Source of the DNA: Methanobacteriota archaeon
GTDB lineage: Archaea > Thermoplasmatota > Poseidoniia > Poseidoniales > Poseidoniaceae
Direction: 5' to 3'
NCBI GenBank assembly: GCA_018691345.1
Contig: JABGTJ010000016.1
Span: forward strand, 125 to 64,124
DNA: 64,000 nucleotides
Position numbers and translations under genes: made by a program. Positions 60,002 through 64,000 of this stretch are shown piece by piece. Under the pieces are notes generated by a model. The model had not been told where the DNA came from. It saw only the letters and a program-made list of their open reading frames with translations, and did not search any database. Position 1 is the stretch's first letter. Every line of letters begins with the position of its first letter.

Positions 60002-63000
60002 TCAGAACCGAGAGCCCTTGTTGCTGCGACGGGAGATACGTACTCCGCCGTACAGTACCAATGCACCGAGAATTGCGATTACAATGGTGAACAGGCTCGA
60101 CTCTTCAGACGGGTCATCGATGTAGTATTCGATTTTGAAATCAAACTCATCGACTGGCTTATCGGTGAATTCACTGTCATCGCCAACAATCTCAATGCGG
60201 ACATCGTATCGCACCGTACCAGAAGCATCAGACGCCTCCAAGTCAAAGGTGACGTTTGTCTGTCCCTCTGGACCAACCGAAACGGTTTGAGCACCTAGGC
60301 TTCGACCGCCTTGGACACTAGCAGAAACAACGACATTGTCGCTGCCCAGGAAACCAGAGTTCTTGATTGGAATGATCAACATACCCGCTCGGTCAGCGAT
60401 GTTACCGGACAATGTTTTGATCTCGCCCTGGTCGACAGAGAGGTCAATATTAGCCCTGACGATTTCCACATCGAAGGTTTCCGTGGTTACTCCATCTTCA
60501 CTTGTGACGGTAACAGTGACAACCTTTGAACCGGAATCAAAATCTTCTGGAGCAAATGCAGTAAACATTTGTGAGCGAGTATCGCCCTTAGCGATGGTAA
60601 TCACCGAAGTCATTGGAGTAACTTCCCAACCTTCAGGAATATTATCTGAAAGTTCGATTGTATACGAGTCGTCACCGTTACCGGTGTTCTCGAGAACAAA
60701 TCCAAACATACTGTTTCCGCCTGCACCAATTCCTATTGATTCGTCTTCTTCAGAAGTTTCCAATCCGTAGATTTGTGGCACTTGAACAGTTACTGATATT
60801 TCACTCGAAGGAGTGTTGTCCGTAAGCATACGAACCTTCAACGTATGTGGCTCTTCAAGGTGCCAAGCAGTCGACTGGTTGGCGACGGTGATACGAATAC
60901 CAACGGTTGCAGAGGACTGAACCGATGTATCGTTGGTGCCGTTACCGATTCCGAGCGAAACTTCGTAGGAGTCCACGTAAGTTGAACCGTTCTTGAACTC
61001 AATCTTCCAATCAGCTTCGTCAGGTGAAACGACAATCTGCCCAAGAACATCAAAGACTTGCACAGTTTCAGTACCCTCGTAATTCAGTTCTAAATCGAAC
61101 TCAATGTGTTGATATCCCTCTCCTTCTTCAACAGCGGTAAAGGCCAACTCTTCGTCAACGGTTGCGTTCACAACGCTACCTTCGACCATCGCAATGGATG
61201 TATCGGAATTGATGCTTCGTGTGTAGGATAGGGACACTGGAGAGCGTCCTTCAGCGATGGTTGTTACTGCACCGCCAATGTACTCCATTTCCAGTTCCAA
61301 ATCGTGTTGGATTGTAATGAACGATGAATCCATTTCAATTTCAGAAGCAGGCATGAGGACGCTGATTGTACCATCAGCACCAACTGGCAAGTCCCATTCG
61401 ATTTCATCGCCAATAGCGATTGTTACAACTGCTGTTTCGTTCATGTAGATTGAACCTGCACTTGCCGAACCTGCGTGATACTCATCAATTTTGATGCCAG
61501 TCCACGAGGTTGTAAGGTCAAGCCATCCACCAAGAGACATCTCCAAATCAAGTGTGGCACCATCTGAGATGCTTGCATCAAGAAGACCAATCGCAACGCC
61601 ACCACCGTTTTCGCCGGGGTTTGCTTCGGTAACTACAACGATCCATTCTCCTGGAGCAATAACCGTCGACCAAGTAAGTTGGTCGTTTGCGTATTGAGAG
61701 GTGACCACAATAGCTTCACCTGCCATGCCGGAACTTGGGAACAAAGTCACAATCGAACCATTCAACCGTTCAGCGTCGTTGATATCGGTAACGTTACCTG
61801 AAACAGTAACATTTCCTGCAGTCATCTCGATATCGTGGGATTCTGGTGACGAGTAAACAGGGTAAGCACTGGTGTTGGAAACATTGTAAACTTCTGTGCT
61901 AAATCCTTCTTTCATGACGGAGATTTGGTATTCGTCTTGGATAGGAACAAACAGCGACCAAACACCAAATTCATCAGTTGTCACATTGGTATCAATTTCA
62001 GTGTTGTTGACACCGAGGATTGTGACGGTGGTATTTGAGACGCCTTCTGTGCCGCCAGGTAGGTTGTTATCATCTAGGTCCCAGAAGACCTTTCCACCGA
62101 TTTCTACATTGAGAACGGGTGACACAACACCTAGATTGAGAACACCATCAACAGCATCATCGGTAGAGAATGGAGTATCAAATGTGTCCAGGCTCCACTG
62201 ACGTTGAGGTTCTGTTTGGTTAAGGAACATGCTCCAAGTACCAGGCATGATGGTTTCGCTTACATTACCGTCCACATTGGATTTCGAAAGAGTAACGTTT
62301 CCAAATCCATCGTGACTGACGAGTGTGATTCGAACATCACTCATGTTGGTGTCTGTGTACAATTCCTGAACTTGGAAGTTTATGGTTACAACTTCTATGG
62401 AAGTGAAGCCGAGGTCGGTTCGCATCGAAGCATCTTCACTTACTGTGAACGCTTCACGGTAGGTCTCCATGGTGTCGTTCGAGGCAGAGAACGGAGCAAC
62501 AATTGCAACCCAGTCTCCCGCAGGAACATAGGAGGCAAAACTACCGTTCGCATCGGAAGCAATGTTGTGCCACAAATCATCTGCAGCGTTGCGTAGCAAG
62601 AATTGTTTCTCGACTCCATCGCCTGAGGAGTTCGTGAGGACTCCAGTCACAAGGAATTCATTTCGTAGAGCGAACGAGACTGAGTCTTCGTATGCTTCAA
62701 TTCCAACAATTAGGGTTTCAAAGAACGATTCGCCAATCAAGTAATAGTCGGTTGCATTTTCATCTGTGGCTTCAGTCGCATTGAAATCAATGCTGTAAAG
62801 ACCAGGTTCAAGGACCACTGTAATGTTACCTGCGGACGAATAATCATCTGCAGTGAAGTTGTATTGTTGACCGTGGTTGTTCAATGGAACCAATGAGAAT
62901 GCAGGTGAAACACCCGTTCCATTTGCAAAGACACCATCTGCGCCTGAATCCATGAAGATGTTGAGCTCGATGGAAAGATGCTCAGGGTTTGCGAACAGTT

Positions 63001-64000
63001 CGATTACGGTAGGCAGTGTGCCTGAATCAGTAAGAATTGCGTAATCCATCACACTTGTTGAGTTGAGTAGGTCGTCATTGACGGTGAAGTCCCAGTCCCC
63101 TGCTTGTAGGTCGAAAACGAATCCACCTTGCTCGTCAATGATCGTTCTCCATTCAAGTCCTGTAGAATCAGTAGCAATGACCTCTTGTGCTGCATATCCA
63201 GGCGCCAAAGAATCCCACAGTGAGGAATTGTCGTAAAGGAAGACGAGACCTGTAGCCGATACAGTCGGTTCGAGATACATGAGGCCGAGGTTCATCTCAG
63301 CGTCACCAGCGAGTTCAATCAGTTGGCCTGCCGACATTTGTGAAACGAGACTTTGTGCTGTCATGTGGAAGGTGTTTCCACTCGGTAAGCGCATGCTGAA
63401 GTTTCCATCGGTTTCAACGGTCGTTGAGAAATCGAGATCGTCTGAAGCAAAACTGATTTCCAGTCCCGCAGCAGGTTGACTCTGTTCCAACTTGTAGTTC
63501 TCTTCCTGAGATGCCCAGTCTGCATAGGTGTAATCACCTTGGAACAAACCGCCATCGACAACACGAATGCTTCCATTGACCCATGTTGCAATTGCATAGG
63601 CGCTGCTCATCGTAACGTCTTCTTGGTCCACTATGATGTAGTCAAACAGGATGTAGTCATCACCCGATTCATCTGAAATCGTGTAAGCACCCATCGGCAG
63701 TTCGATGTAAACCATACCGGTTTCATCAGAAGTGGCATTAAGTGGTGCAAGTTGAGGATCATCGTTGGTAAATGTGACTGTGCGTTCTGAAACGTCTGCA
63801 TAAGGCGTCTGAGTTTGCGGGTCAACTGGAGAAGTCAACTGCAACGAAACATCGTACATTTCCGGGACATCCATAACAAGCGAGAAGTTTTCAGACTCTC
63901 CACGTGCATAGATGGTTTCATTCAACTCATACCAGCCGTCGTTATCTACGTCAACACGGTAGAAGTATTCACCAGTCGCGAGAGGACCGTATGAGAAATT
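60002..64000 (-). CDS. Giant surface protein (5-prime end beyond the window) with CarboxypepD_reg/SdrD-B-like and CARDB/COG1470-like Ig domains and a C-terminal TM anchor
   Basis: The reading frame stays open from 63925 to the window edge, so the listed TTG start is not the real start. Domain signatures include IGGKVFWDLDDNNLPGGTEGVSNTTVTILG (SdrD-B-like) and GFVLENTGNGDDSYTIELSDNIPEGWEV (COG1470-like). The C-terminus is a TM helix plus basic stub (LFTIVIAILGALVLYGGVRISRRSNKGSRF). Confidence 0.8.
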   Translation of the reverse strand, partial: NFSYGPLATGEYFYRVDVDNDGWYELNETIYARGESENFSLVMDVPEMYDVSLQLTSPVDPQTQTPYADVSERTVTFTNDDPQLAPLNATSDETGMVYIELPMGAYTISDESGDDYILFDYIIVDQEDVTMSSAYAIATWVNGSIRVVDGGLFQGDYTYADWASQEENYKLEQSQPAAGLEISFASDDLDFSTTVETDGNFSMRLPSGNTFHMTAQSLVSQMSAGQLIELAGDAEMNLGLMYLEPTVSATGLVFLYDNSSLWDSLAPGYAAQEVIATDSTGLEWRTIIDEQGGFVFDLQAGDWDFTVNDDLLNSTSVMDYAILTDSGTLPTVIELFANPEHLSIELNIFMDSGADGVFANGTGVSPAFSLVPLNNHGQQYNFTADDYSSAGNITVVLEPGLYSIDFNATEATDENATDYYLIGESFFETLIVGIEAYEDSVSFALRNEFLVTGVLTNSSGDGVEKQFLLRNAADDLWHNIASDANGSFASYVPAGDWVAIVAPFSASNDTMETYREAFTVSEDASMRTDLGFTSIEVVTINFQVQELYTDTNMSDVRITLVSHDGFGNVTLSKSNVDGNVSETIMPGTWSMFLNQTEPQRQWSLDTFDTPFSTDDAVDGVLNLGVVSPVLNVEIGGKVFWDLDDNNLPGGTEGVSNTTVTILGVNNTEIDTNVTTDEFGVWSLFVPIQDEYQISVMKEGFSTEVYNVSNTSAYPVYSSPESHDIEMTAGNVTVSGNVTDINDAERLNGSIVTLFPSSGMAGEAIVVTSQYANDQLTWSTVIAPGEWIVVVTEANPGENGGGVAIGLLDASISDGATLDLEMSLGGWLDLTTSWTGIKIDEYHAGSASAGSIYMNETAVVTIAIGDEIEWDLPVGADGTISVLMPASEIEMDSSFITIQHDLELEMEYIGGAVTTIAEGRSPVSLSYTRSINSDTSIAMVEGSVVNATVDEELAFTAVEEGEGYQHIEFDLELNYEGTETVQVFDVLGQIVVSPDEADWKIEFKNGSTYVDSYEVSLGIGNGTNDTSVQSSATVGIRITVANQSTAWHLEEPHTLKVRMLTDNTPSSEISVTVQVPQIYGLETSEEDESIGIGAGGNSMFGFVLENTGNGDDSYTIELSDNIPEGWEVTPMTSVITIAKGDTRSQMFTAFAPEDFDSGSKVVTVTVTSEDGVTTETFDVEIVRANIDLSVDQGEIKTLSGNIADRAGMLIIPIKNSGFLGSDNVVVSASVQGGRSLGAQTVSVGPEGQTNVTFDLEASDASGTVRYDVRIEIVGDDSEFTDKPVDEFDFKIEYYIDDPSEESSLFTIVIAILGALVLYGGVRISRRSNKGSRF

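Noticed and set aside
60002-60110. C-terminus of the truncated giant (TM helix + RRSNKGSRF), considered as a PGF-CTERM/archaeosortase sorting signal.
   Set aside because: The tripartite shape is similar, but there is no PGF-like motif before the helix and no archaeosortase gene in the window. I left it as a plain C-terminal anchor.

Overview
All domain calls below come from motif recognition by eye; no searches were run. Small-motif coordinates may be off by 1-2 nt.

The window looks like an archaeal chromosome. It carries RNase P protein Rpp21, type II GAPDH, archaeal-type PheRS beta, archaeal-type GluRS, archaeosine synthase ArcS, the archaeal/eukaryotic form of uS15, and class-III-signal pilin-like proteins. 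Bacterial-type adk and dnaJ sit alongside them. By inference this fits a Thermoplasmatota / Marine Group II-like heterotroph.

I recognised no rRNA, tRNA, CRISPR array, transposase or integrase.

The left half (1-34 kb) is mostly housekeeping genes: adk, gap, pheT, rnhB, gltX, rps15, arcS, dnaJ, a GT2 glycosyltransferase and a permease. Several large single-pass surface proteins are interleaved with them.

The right half (about 34-64 kb) is a nearly uninterrupted surface-protein island. It holds four giant secreted or anchored proteins of 1473-1917 aa (one is cut by the window edge). It also holds two proteases, a translationally coupled trio of pilin-like genes, an MBL-fold hydrolase, and a wHTH-STAND-ATPase-TPR protein.

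Summing ORF lengths, about 37 of the 64 kb encode predicted extracytoplasmic or membrane-anchored proteins.

The signals I find most unusual:
- Three of the giant proteins share a C-terminal module: TM helix, acidic juxtamembrane segment, Pro/Ala-rich linker, and a terminal Trp-rich GWxx[DE]...W motif.
- The giant-gene operons are interleaved with pilin-like genes and a STAND regulator.
- A pyroglutamyl-peptidase/Nudix fusion.
- A catalytically degenerate DHH (RecJ/Cdc45-like) protein next to rps15.
- A phased four-copy GATATTYT motif array upstream of the beta-helix giant gene.
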